64,000 nucleotides of DNA from Wickerhamiella versatilis (taxonomy: Eukaryota): NCBI GenBank assembly GCA_030867685.1, contig JAQOWU010000008.1:2108001-2172000 (forward strand), read 5' to 3'. Below, one piece after another: positions 50,102 to 60,021 of the stretch. The notes beneath the pieces were generated by a model. It was not told the origin of the DNA. It saw only the letters and a list, made by a program, of their open reading frames with translations, and did not search any database. The position numbers and the translations under genes were made by a program. Each line of letters starts with the position of its first letter. Within the stretch, counting starts at the first letter, position 1.

Positions 50102-50340
50102 ACTAAGGCACAATTGGAGGGAAGCCTGTGAATCGTTTTCGTTCATCCTCAAGAGTTTATTCACCGCACTTTGCACCCCGCATTTTAAAGATTCCTTTAT
50201 TCGGTATATACTCTCAAGTTGAAAAGTTATCTATATAATAAATTTCTTTATTTTACACTATAGGAATGCTGTCTGATCTCATACTCTCATCATTGGGACG
50301 CGACCTTTGTGGAAACACATTGAAGCCGTGAATCTCATCC

Positions 50341-51501
50341 TTAATTGATTAGGTTTCCTCTGCTCTGGCATTGTCGTATATTACCTGAGGTATTGTTGCT
50401 GGTTTCAATAAACTCTGGTTGGATAGTTACAGATGGAACACCATATGCAGAGAAGCATTCTTGGATGGTTTTTGCTAACTCAGAGAACTGATTCGAGGGC
50501 AATGTAACTGTCACATGAACAGTTCCTATTGCTCTCGACTCGCTAAGCTGCCAGATATGTAAGTCATGAATATCCTGAATACCCGGAATAGACTCAAGAT
50601 CATGATGAACATCCAGTGTGTTAACTGAGCCTGGTGTAGCCTGGAGCAAAACTCGACTGGCCCTAACAGTCAATGGAACAGCAGATGCGATAATTATGCA
50701 TGTAATAACAAGGCTGATGAAGGGGTCTGCATAAAACCGCCACGAGAAAGAGGTCTTCCAAATGAATGCTGCGGCTATTATCACACCAATATTTCCAAGG
50801 GCATCTCCCAAAACGTGCAAAAAGACACCTTCCATATTCATAGACTTCTGAGAACCGTGTGGCTCGTTGGCCTTGCGAGCATGGTTGTGGCCAACATGAT
50901 TGTTTTCCGAGTGATTCGTACCGTATGTTGTCGCTCTTGTATTCGGCCCCAAAAGACGAGCTTCTTCACGAGACAGCGCACTCTCAGGAAATAAAGAGGA
51001 AAAATCTTCATCATCAAAACTGGGTCGCGAATGCGATCCCTGAGAGAGGCTGTGGTCATGCGAATGGCCGTGCGAATGGCCGTGAGAGTGGCCGTGAGAG
51101 TGGCCGTGCTCATGGAAAAGAAAAAGCCCTACTATATTGCTCAATAGTCCAAGGAATCCGATAATCATGATCATCTTTGGACTCTTCACCTCTGGCACAT
51201 CAATAAATCGCTGAATTGCCTCCAACACAATCGTAACACATAAAGCCAATAGGAACACACCGTTAATCAGAGCCCCTAAAATTTCGGCTCTTTGCATCCC
51301 ATACGTAAAGGTTTCATCGCGTCCGGCTTTCGAGACTTGAACAGCCCACAATGCAACCAGTAGTGATAAAATGTCGTTGAACATGTGGAAGCTATCTGCT
51401 ATTAGTGCCAGCGAGTTGACTGCATAGCCTGTAATTAGCTCTAGCATAGCAAAGCCAGCATCAATGACGAGCAATAACGAAATTCTCAATCTTTTACTCA
51501 T
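50341..51501 (-). CDS. ZRC1: Vacuolar CDF zinc/cobalt transporter (Zrc1/Cot1), ATG 51501
   Basis: 'SLALIADSFHMFND', 'TYGMQRAEILGALINGVFL', His-rich loop, 'MNMEGVFLHVLGDALGNIGVI', 'HDLHIWQL', 'TIQPEF'. Confidence 0.95.
   Translation of the reverse strand: MSKRLRISLLLVIDAGFAMLELITGYAVNSLALIADSFHMFNDILSLLVALWAVQVSKAGRDETFTYGMQRAEILGALINGVFLLALCVTIVLEAIQRFIDVPEVKSPKMIMIIGFLGLLSNIVGLFLFHEHGHSHGHSHGHSHGHSHDHSLSQGSHSRPSFDDEDFSSLFPESALSREEARLLGPNTRATTYGTNHSENNHVGHNHARKANEPHGSQKSMNMEGVFLHVLGDALGNIGVIIAAAFIWKTSFSWRFYADPFISLVITCIIIASAVPLTVRASRVLLQATPGSVNTLDVHHDLESIPGIQDIHDLHIWQLSESRAIGTVHVTVTLPSNQFSELAKTIQECFSAYGVPSVTIQPEFIETSNNTSGNIRQCQSRGNLIN
51052..51114. repeat. 12-bp tandem repeat encoding (HGHS)n metal-binding loop of Zrc1
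   Basis: cgaatggccgtg x2, agagtggccgtg x2. Confidence 0.8.
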
Positions 51502-51957
51502 GTCGCGCAACACAGAATTCTTTGTACGTAATGAAACCCACTCTCTGTTCTAATCCGACTCGGGGCAGGCAAAATTTGTAATCAGGATACACACCCTAAA
51601 TATCTGATTTTGACCCCATTTCTAGAAGGTTAGATTAATTCTTCAGGTTAACGCATTTTTTTTCAGTTACATCTCTATAATGCAATGTTTTGCCTTAGAA
51701 TTAATTTGGAGGTGTATGCTGTCATCTAAAATGCTGATACGTATATTTTATGTAGAACGGATACTTTCGATTTGTCTGTTTTTATTTCGATGTAAGTACA
51801 AATCACGGTTGCAGCATGAATATGGAAACCCTTATAGAAAAAAAATATTTTTGCTGGGTTAGCATAATTTAGAAATTGACGTGGGCAAGATGTAGCTTGT
51901 AAGTACACAAAACTTTACGCTTGCACTTTTAGCTAGTGAAAAAAAAATGGGCAGTAC

Positions 51958-52449
51958 TCAAGCGGATGAGTTGTTTCCAGCCCATCGACCCCAGCGGCCC
52001 CAACGGCCTCGACCACGGCCACGGCCGCGGCCCCTACCTCTTCCCCTGCCACGGCCAGGACCACCCAAGCCAGCTGTGGCTGGTTTTATAATGAGTCTCC
52101 TTTCATGCTCCAAAGTTTGCCAGCGGCTTTGTATGAATCGAAGTCCATGGAGAACATCATCCACAAGAGCCTTCCATTCTACAGTATCATCAAGATCAGC
52201 ATGACGCATTTTTTCCACCGTGGCCAGACTATGTTTAACACTTTCTTCTATTTCTGAAGGCACATCAACTCTCGAGTCATTATTTTCATCGCTTTGTTTG
52301 TTCTCTAACGAATCCGATTGCGTGCGTGCACGCTTAGCAGGAGGAGCATCTGTTTCATTCTTTGATATTGAAGAGTCAGCAGCTGCATAGGGAGGACCAT
52401 AAGATGATGGTCCAAATCCGCTTCCTTGACTTGACTCAGTCTCAGCCAT
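51958..52449 (-). CDS. Hypothetical 163-aa protein with NLS-like PPAKRAR and C-terminal RG/GRW repeat
   Basis: ATG-initiated ORF, helical middle, (GR)n followed by GRW GRW GRW. Confidence 0.65.
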   Translation of the reverse strand: MAETESSQGSGFGPSSYGPPYAAADSSISKNETDAPPAKRARTQSDSLENKQSDENNDSRVDVPSEIEESVKHSLATVEKMRHADLDDTVEWKALVDDVLHGLRFIQSRWQTLEHERRLIIKPATAGLGGPGRGRGRGRGRGRGRGRGRWGRWGRWAGNNSSA

Positions 52450-53270
52450 CCACTACCACTCCTCCGAGTCACTGTCAGGACTACTGATTACAATGTTCTG
52501 CACTAATTCCTTGCCCTACCCGAGCCCCAAAGGCCACCCCTCGAGAACTATTGAGTTCTTGTTGCTAAAGGTATCTGATAGGGCCCACTAAGATATAAAA
52601 TTTGCGTAGAGTCTACAATTCATCATAATATTTCTGTATCAAAATGTGTTGCTTATACTAAAAAGATATCTTGACTGAAGGAGTTGACAGCATGGTGGAC
52701 TAACTTTCCTCAAAATATTCTTATTTTCTCGTCTGGTAAAGTTGCATCGCAAAGCTTAGTTGTAAACTTGACAGCCATTTGGTATGCTGTTCTTCGTTAA
52801 GTAACGGACCTTTAGCTGGTACATTCCTGAACCAACCACGAGCATGGAGATAAACGTCCTTTATTGAATTAACTGCGAAGTATTCATTATGATCACCACG
52901 ATGGCCGCTTTTTTCTTTGCACTTCGATACTAATGCCGACTCGAGCATGAGGGGCAGTCAACATAAGTGTTTGCAACCTTTCTGGTTGTCATTGAGCAAT
53001 ATAAAGAAATTAACTCTAATGCAGTATATTCATATGAAAGAATAGCACCCAGCTCGCACTTAATGGGACCACCTATCAGCTAGCTCTTCCTTGTGCTTGC
53101 TATATATATCTACACACATGTAAATATATACATCAAACAAGGGCCAAGAGCTATTCATCCTTTTGACATCCATAAACATTTTTGGTCTACTCATTTATTT
53201 ATTTACGTCACTCAACACGGCGCCGTCCCACACAGATCTTCTGATCGGCTGGCTTACTAAGTATATATTT

Positions 53271-54696
53271 ATGGGCCGGAAGGTCGAATATGTCTTCGGA
53301 CCAGAATGGCCGCCTTATGGTCATGCATTAGGTGTACCAAGTTTAGCAATGTCTAACAATGGATTGCTTGTGAGTGGAGGGCATGATGGAAGAGTCTGTA
53401 CTTGGAGTATCTCACATGAGAAGACGCGGCCCGCACATACCGCTGATATCCACACCAATTCTGTACTAGGTGTGACTTGCTTTGGTGAGCATATATTGAG
53501 CTGTTCCTCAGATACAACCGTAAAACTATGGACTCCCCGGACTGATGGTAAAGTACTAGTTGGCCATCACACCGATTACGCGCAATGTCTTGCTGTGACT
53601 GACGCGGACCGTACGGTTGCAAGTGGTGGGCTGGATTCCCATATTCGCGGGTGGGATATTCAATATCAGAAGCAAATATGGGATCTTCGAGCATCACAGT
53701 CTGTTTACGCACTGGCTGCAAATGAGACAGGTACTCTATTAGCTTCTAGTGGCGTGGATGGGGTCGTCTCTATATGGGATCCTCGTAATGGAGAGAAGGT
53801 TTCTAGAACTTTCATAGGTCACACAGATATTGTTAGAACTTTGAACATATCTGGTGACTACCTTCTAAGTGGGTCTTCAGACCGCAGTGTGAAATTATGG
53901 TCACTGAGTACAGGCCGGGTTGTTCGGACATGGAACCATTATGACGCAAGTGTTTGGTGCTTATGGGCACAAAACCCCACGGCATTTATTACAGGTGATC
54001 TCTCTGGTAAAGTTTGGCGAACTGATGGCGACGATTCCGTAAAAATCTGCCAAACGAATTCTGGTGGCATTAAGTCACTGGCTGTTGACGGCCAAGGTGG
54101 AATCTGGACAGCTACAAATCAATCCCCAGAAGTACAGAGGTGGGATTTAAGTACTGGTGAACCCAAGGAAGTTTTAGAAAGCCATACTGGACTGTTGAAG
54201 CATAGGCTACTAAATGACAAGAGAAGGGTTCTTGTGCTCGATTCCGCTGGAGAAATTCAGCTCCTGGACATTGTGCGTGCGGTACCTCTTAAAGTTCTCG
54301 GTCATTTAAAACCAGGTGAAAATAAAGATGAAGCGCTAGACAGAATTTTGGAAGAGATAAACACAATGGATGTTCTTGAAAACTGGTGTCAAGTTCAAGT
54401 GCGTGCAGGCAGAATAAGTGTCATGCTTGATCATCGCTCAATTGGAAACACTGAGGTGTATGTAGACGATTTGGTGCGGCAACTTGGCCTTTCTTTAGAA
54501 GTTGCAAATGATAAGCGCATCAATCTAGGCGCCTGGGTTTTATCCATACTGCTCCAACCTCTAATCTCGCATATTGAAGCGGAATATGGGGATGAATTGC
54601 CGAAACATAGGCGCCAGAGTGAGCCAGCAGTAGCTAAAGTGGAGCCGGCTCAACAGTCGTCACAGTCGCAACCGACCCAGCAGCAGCAGCAGCAGC

Positions 54697-54736
<40 letters not shown>

Positions 54737-55592
54737 GCAGCAGCAGCAGCAACAACAGCAGCAACAACAATCAGACTCGACCTCGTCATCACCACAATCA
54801 GATTTGCATGGCATCATTGGTAAACTGTGGAATCGGAAGAAGACTGACAATCAACAGAGTTCTGGAACATCTCAGTCCACTCAAGAAAAGGAGACGCAAA
54901 ATGAGAAAGACAAAGAAGAGGAAAGAGGAAATAAAAAGGACAATGAAAAGGGGAATGATAAGGACAAGGACAGGAAAGACCCGCCTCCTTCATCATCAGC
55001 GAATTCCAACAAGCCACAGCATCATGAAGAAAATCATAAGCCTCTTCCCAAGTTCAGCAATTTTTTGGAAGTCAAAAATTGGGCATTCCATGAGAACAGT
55101 CTAAAATCAATCGATCATGATTGGCCCCCTACTATATCAATGCCAGATTCGGTTGTTCTAATCGTTTCAGAGTCAGAGCCGGGGGCAGGTGCACCAACAA
55201 ATATATTCGTTGACAAAATTGGTGAAGCCTTCTCTAAGCCAGAGCTCGTAACTGCCCTACCAGACTGGGTTGGCAAGATATTACTGCTTGGAATCCTATC
55301 ATCACGATCGCATAATAAATTGGGCTTTGTTATCCACCCATATAACGAAAAGCTCCCCGACCTGGCGGGAGGACGGACGAGATTGCTGGCCGTAAATCAA
55401 TTGCGTGTTTCTAAGATCAGAAACTACATCGCACAACAGGTTGCGGCACATCAAGAGATCACTCCAAATGAAGAAAATATCGTGGTGTACTGTCATGACC
55501 AACGTCTTGACCCACATATGACGTTATCAACAATTCGCACTCGCATATGGCGCTCAGGTGGTGACGTTGTACTGAAATATGATGTTATATAG
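53271..55592 (+). CDS. DUF1: WDR48/UAF1-type WD40 deubiquitinase cofactor (Duf1/Bun107), ATG 53271
   Basis: WD40 repeats, 'GLLKHRLLNDKRRVL', 'NWCQVQVRAGRISVML', 'KRINLGAWVL', C-terminal 'MTLSTIRTRIWRSGGDVVLKY' (DUF3337-type). Confidence 0.88.
54678..54770 (+). repeat. CAG/CAA microsatellite encoding a 31-residue polyglutamine tract
   Basis: 93 bp of uninterrupted CAG/CAA codons in the WDR48 frame. Confidence 0.95.
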
Positions 55593-55694
55593 CTTAAGGT
55601 AGATCAACGGAATATAGATGAAGATTCATAATTAGACAGCTCAAATGATAAGTCCATACCGTTAACAGTAAAAAGGACGTGTTGTCAATTTCTA

Positions 55695-55919
55695 TTATAC
55701 GACAGTTCCCGTCTCTAGAGGCTCAGTGGAATGATCCTTTCCATATAGATTAAATCCAGCCATGCAAACACCGGCGATCAAAAGCGCAACTGCAATGACA
55801 GTCATTGGAAATTCGTGCTCATATTCGCGACCGAATAAGAAGTTCAGTAAACTAAGAAGCAGCAGGAGAGCCGCTACTGCCCACAGGCCGAGGATAATAT
55901 TTGGATGGAATCTCGCCAT
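55695..55919 (-). CDS. Hypothetical 74-aa two-TM hairpin membrane protein
   Basis: Two hydrophobic helices joined by charged loop 'GREYEHEFP'; gccATG-like start on the minus strand is not required, ORF fills the DUF1-RPB5 gap. Confidence 0.62.
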   Translation of the reverse strand: MARFHPNIILGLWAVAALLLLLSLLNFLFGREYEHEFPMTVIAVALLIAGVCMAGFNLYGKDHSTEPLETGTVV

Positions 55920-55960
55920 TACGTAATATCGTTTCTGCTGTGTGGTAAAAAGGCTTTCAT

Positions 55961-56602
55961 ATGGACTCTGACAGGGAGGCCACGAAGCTTTGGCGGACCT
56001 ACCGCACCGTGAAGGAAATGGTGCGAGATCGAGGCTATAATGTTGGGCAGTCAGAAATTGATATTAGCCTTGCCGATTTCAAACAGCAGTATTGTACCAG
56101 TGATGGACAGGTTGTCAGGGCAAAAATGAATTTTCAGGCGATCCCCTCGGCTGAGACCACTGAAAAATTTCCACACGTCGGTACCATTTGGGTTAATTTT
56201 TGTGATGAAGCTAGTGTTGGTGTCAAAACCATGCGGGAATTTGTTATCCTAGTTGCGAGTAAACACTTCTCAAATGCTTTGTTTATTTACCAGCAGAATA
56301 TAACGCCAACTGCACAACGTCTAATCCCTTCTGTTGCGCCAGCAGTGATCGAGACGTTCCCAGAGGCGGATCTGGTAGTAAATATTACGAAACACGTGCT
56401 AGTGCCCAAGCATATTGTGCTCAGCGATGACGAAAAGAAGGAACTTTTGCAGACTTACCGCCTCAAGGAATCACAGCTTCCTCGTATTCAGTCTCTTGAT
56501 CCAGTTGCTCGTTACTTTGGACTTAAGCGTGGTCAAGTGGTCAAAATTATTCGGCGCTCAGAGACTGCTGGACGCTATGCAAGCTACCGAATCTGTCTAT
56601 AG
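55961..56602 (+). CDS. RPB5: RNA polymerase I/II/III common subunit ABC27
   Basis: '[17 protein letters not shown]', '[14 protein letters not shown]', '[40 protein letters not shown]'. Confidence 0.98.
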   Translation: MDSDREATKLWRTYRTVKEMVRDRGYNVGQSEIDISLADFKQQYCTSDGQVVRAKMNFQAIPSAETTEKFPHVGTIWVNFCDEASVGVKTMREFVILVASKHFSNALFIYQQNITPTAQRLIPSVAPAVIETFPEADLVVNITKHVLVPKHIVLSDDEKKELLQTYRLKESQLPRIQSLDPVARYFGLKRGQVVKIIRRSETAGRYASYRICL

Positions 56603-56889
56603 TATTTAATTTCACTGTATATCGTAGTCTTAGCACAAAAAATTGTGAGGTGATATAGACAACCACTACTAAATAATAGCTATGTAGATAAGAGTTGAAA
56701 ATTCTGGTATCTGTTTGACGTAGGTATCTAGCTATTCAATCTATAGCCCTTTAAAGATAACTCACTAGACTTCTAGTAAAATAGACCCACCAATAATACT
56801 AAAGCCGCAATTAAATACAAAAAGGGCAAGGGCTACATGAGGATTAACTCTGTTGGTCCTCTCATTATTAAGGTTGTTGTCGTATTGTC

Positions 56890-57933
56890 ATGGATAGTGG
56901 CCCGGTTGCACTTCTGTCAGATGAAGAGGAAGAAAGACAGAGTAAGCGAAGCACATACCTTTGTTATTTCCTAGGATCGTTGGCTCTGTTTGCGTCTGCA
57001 TTTCTATTTATATGGCTGACACTGGCAGTGCGCGTTCCAGACATAGAACCGCTTAGCCGAGTTGCTTCCTTGGATGATGCTGCCAAACTGATTGAGCCCA
57101 ATAATGGCCGATTGATTCTCGTAGGAGATGTGCACGGCATGTACAAGGAGCTCAAGGAGCTTCTCGAGGATGTAGATTATGAGTCGGGAGTGGACCGATT
57201 GGTATTTCTTGGAGACATGATTACCAAAGGCCCAGACTCGATCAAGGTACTGGATTTGGCAATTGAGGAGGGTGCGTATTGTGTGCGAGGAAATCATGAG
57301 GATGAAATATTGAGCATGTATGCAACGCATCATCATATCGATGCACCCATGACATATCCTCCACATGCTTCAATTGCAACAAGAACTATAGGTGAGACAC
57401 AGTCACCTACAGATCTGGTGCTCAGCCCAACTACTCAGGCAGCTGAACTTTTTATACAAGGGGATGAGACCCGCGATAAGCCTCTTGTTCGAAAACTAAA
57501 ACCACATCATATTGATTACATTGAGCAATGTCCGGCTATTCTCAAACTTGGTCAAGTTTCTAAGAAAGGCATTGAGGCTGTAGCTGTTCACGGGGGCTTG
57601 ATGTGGGATGAGCATGATCTGGAAAATCAGGATCCCCAAATGGTTATGCGTATACGGGGAGTCACAGGTAAGAAGCACCATAATCCTACTGAGGAAGATG
57701 ATGGCGTGCCTTGGTTTACGCTTTGGAATGATGAGCAGCATACGCGACCCAAGAATGAGCGATATGAGATCTACTATGGTCATGATGCATCGAAGGGTCT
57801 GCAATTGCATCGCTACACGAAAGGTCTTGACTCGAGATGTCAACGTGGTAATGAATTATCAGGTTATACAATTACCCTGGACGATAAAGGTCACTATCAT
57901 GAAGAGTTGGTTCAAGTAGATTGCTCACAATGA
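56890..57933 (+). CDS. PPN2: Type II membrane metallophosphoesterase, Ppn2 (YNL217W)-like
   Basis: N-terminal TM; 'VGDVHG', 'GDMITKGPDS', 'RGNHED', 'VHGG', 'YYGHDA..GL..GLDSRC'. Confidence 0.78.
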   Translation: MDSGPVALLSDEEEERQSKRSTYLCYFLGSLALFASAFLFIWLTLAVRVPDIEPLSRVASLDDAAKLIEPNNGRLILVGDVHGMYKELKELLEDVDYESGVDRLVFLGDMITKGPDSIKVLDLAIEEGAYCVRGNHEDEILSMYATHHHIDAPMTYPPHASIATRTIGETQSPTDLVLSPTTQAAELFIQGDETRDKPLVRKLKPHHIDYIEQCPAILKLGQVSKKGIEAVAVHGGLMWDEHDLENQDPQMVMRIRGVTGKKHHNPTEEDDGVPWFTLWNDEQHTRPKNERYEIYYGHDASKGLQLHRYTKGLDSRCQRGNELSGYTITLDDKGHYHEELVQVDCSQ

Positions 57934-58019
57934 ACGAGACACACGTTTTACATATAAATTAAATTTCATAAATATCTCTATTTCAGTATCACATTATAGG
58001 CAGACCTGATACTTGAATA

Positions 58020-59654
58020 TCATAGGTCTTTCACCATATAAGGTCCCTCAAGACGATATCCTAGGCGTGCGTAGTAGTTGCGAACACCTACCCCAGAAAT
58101 TACTGCGATTTTTGATGAACCATGTTCCTCACGTGCTATTTGTTCTGCCTGCTCCATGAGCAATGTACCGAAGCCCTGGTGCTGGAATTTGCGAGGGTCG
58201 CGCGAATGGAGGGGTACTGAGCTTCCATAAACATGCAGTTCACGAACCATGCTGGTAGGTTTTTCTGTGAGCTCAGGACGATAGGTATATTCCTCAGTAC
58301 ACTTACGCAATCTCAGCAATCCTACCAGAATATCTTGTCTTGGATCCTCATAAGTCAAAAATGTCTCCCAGCCACCATTTGCAACGTAGTCACGTCTCAC
58401 TAGTTCTACCTGATCAGGCTGGATTTTATTATGGACTTCTTGAATGCCAACTTCCCGTGTTCGAACATCACGGCACTTAAGACCGAAGTCTTTCATTCGG
58501 GCGAGAGCTAACTCCCGTAAGTTTCCATTCTCAACTCCTGCAGTTACCAGTGGCATGGGGATATCACGTTGAACACGGTAAATACGGGTCCACGGAGGGA
58601 CTAAGGCGAGAATCCTCGCCACAAGGTCAACCAAGGCTGGGGGGCTATAGCTTTGATAGCGCCCAGTTTTCCATAACTCATACAGTCCCGTACCTCGGAT
58701 CACCAGCGTGGGATATATCTTCAACCCATCAGTACGGAAATCCGGATTCTCAAAGTATTCCCTGAACTGATCAAGATCTCGCTCCATACCTACGTTTGGT
58801 AAATCGGGCATCATATGACTGACCACCTTATAGCCCGCATCTTTGGCAACACAAAATGTATGGCACACAGCACCGACCGTGTGTCCACGGTTGGTATCTC
58901 TCGCGACATCCTCATAGACTGATTGGACACCCACCTCTAATCGGGTGCACCCGTATCTTAGCATATCACTGAGATGTGTCTCGGTACAGTAGTCTGGTCT
59001 GGTTTCAATCGTGATTCCTACACATTTGGTTTGGCTCTGTTGTCCCAACCGAACAGCCTCGTCAACATTACCTGTCGTATGACCACTAAGTGCGTTGTGC
59101 AAAGCTGCTATAAATTCTTCACGGTACTCGCGGTCTAAAGACATGAAGGTTCCACCCATAACAATATACTCGACCTTATCGATCGAGTGCCCAAGCTGCC
59201 TCAATTGCTCAACACGACCTCTCGCCTGTTCATAAGGATCGTAACGAGCTCTAATAGCACGCATGCTGGTTGGTTCGTAACCTGTGTAGCTTTGTGTTGA
59301 ATATTCGAAATCGCTGTCTGGCCCGCCAGGACAGTAAACACAAATATTGCCTGTGTAGGCAATATGGGGGCAACGATGCGGCTTGCACATCACAGCTACT
59401 ACAGCAATACCACTTGCAGTTCTCACAGGTTTGGCCCGCAACTTTGGTAAAAGCTGTTTTCTATGTGATTCAGGAATAGATGCGATAATATCTGTGAGAC
59501 GTGGTTGATTGTGTAGTTTATGTTTGCGAGATAATCGAGCAACCAGTGCATTAAGATTGATATCTTTGCGAGAATGAAGTGATGTCACCAGTTCACTGGA
59601 CAAATCGCTACAGCATTTTGCAAATCTCTCCTTTTCTGGTATCGCTGTAGGCAT
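58020..59654 (-). CDS. ELP3: Elongator catalytic subunit (radical SAM + KAT)
   Basis: '[42 protein letters not shown]', 'VRELHVYG', '[11 protein letters not shown]', '[10 protein letters not shown]'. Confidence 0.98.
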   Translation of the reverse strand: MPTAIPEKERFAKCCSDLSSELVTSLHSRKDINLNALVARLSRKHKLHNQPRLTDIIASIPESHRKQLLPKLRAKPVRTASGIAVVAVMCKPHRCPHIAYTGNICVYCPGGPDSDFEYSTQSYTGYEPTSMRAIRARYDPYEQARGRVEQLRQLGHSIDKVEYIVMGGTFMSLDREYREEFIAALHNALSGHTTGNVDEAVRLGQQSQTKCVGITIETRPDYCTETHLSDMLRYGCTRLEVGVQSVYEDVARDTNRGHTVGAVCHTFCVAKDAGYKVVSHMMPDLPNVGMERDLDQFREYFENPDFRTDGLKIYPTLVIRGTGLYELWKTGRYQSYSPPALVDLVARILALVPPWTRIYRVQRDIPMPLVTAGVENGNLRELALARMKDFGLKCRDVRTREVGIQEVHNKIQPDQVELVRRDYVANGGWETFLTYEDPRQDILVGLLRLRKCTEEYTYRPELTEKPTSMVRELHVYGSSVPLHSRDPRKFQHQGFGTLLMEQAEQIAREEHGSSKIAVISGVGVRNYYARLGYRLEGPYMVKDL

Positions 59655-60021
59655 TTTTTTCCTTACTGCTTACTTGAGGATCAAAATTAGGTAAAAAATG
59701 ATTCGTGGTGAATCACGCATGTTCAGGCTTAAGGCCAAGAGCACAGTGATTAGCTTTTTCATTCAAATGAGACCACCAGAAAAAAATGTATCAGTTCACT
59801 ATTTAATTGTAAGGTCCAGTCGACCGAGGAGTGAGACACAAATTGTTCAGTGAAAGGAACCTCCCCAATGTTTTTAGACGGTATTAATTAATTTTACACA
59901 ATTTATGCTTGTACAAAAGAAAAAACTCATCCCGTAATCCTGTGGATTTCTTGTTGTTGTCGGGATGCGGTCATGTGAGCTTTGGATTAGTAACGACACT
60001 CTGTCGCATCTGCCTTCTACC

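Noticed and set aside
51640-51946. AT-rich stretch as centromere or replication origin
   Set aside because: Short, no diagnostic elements; consistent with a terminator plus the ZRC1 promoter
52721-52948. 75-aa minus-strand ORF
   Set aside because: No motif or compositional support, though it cannot be excluded
54650-54850. Poly-Cys antisense ORF
   Set aside because: Reverse complement of the polyQ tract
3205-59654. ELP1 and ELP3 in one window, and many replication/repair genes, as a functional cluster
   Set aside because: About 51 kb apart or interspersed with unrelated genes; chance not excluded
59697-59760. Small hairpin TGATTC..GAATCA upstream of ELP3 as ncRNA/snoRNA
   Set aside because: No complete C/D or H/ACA boxes; stem too short to be significant
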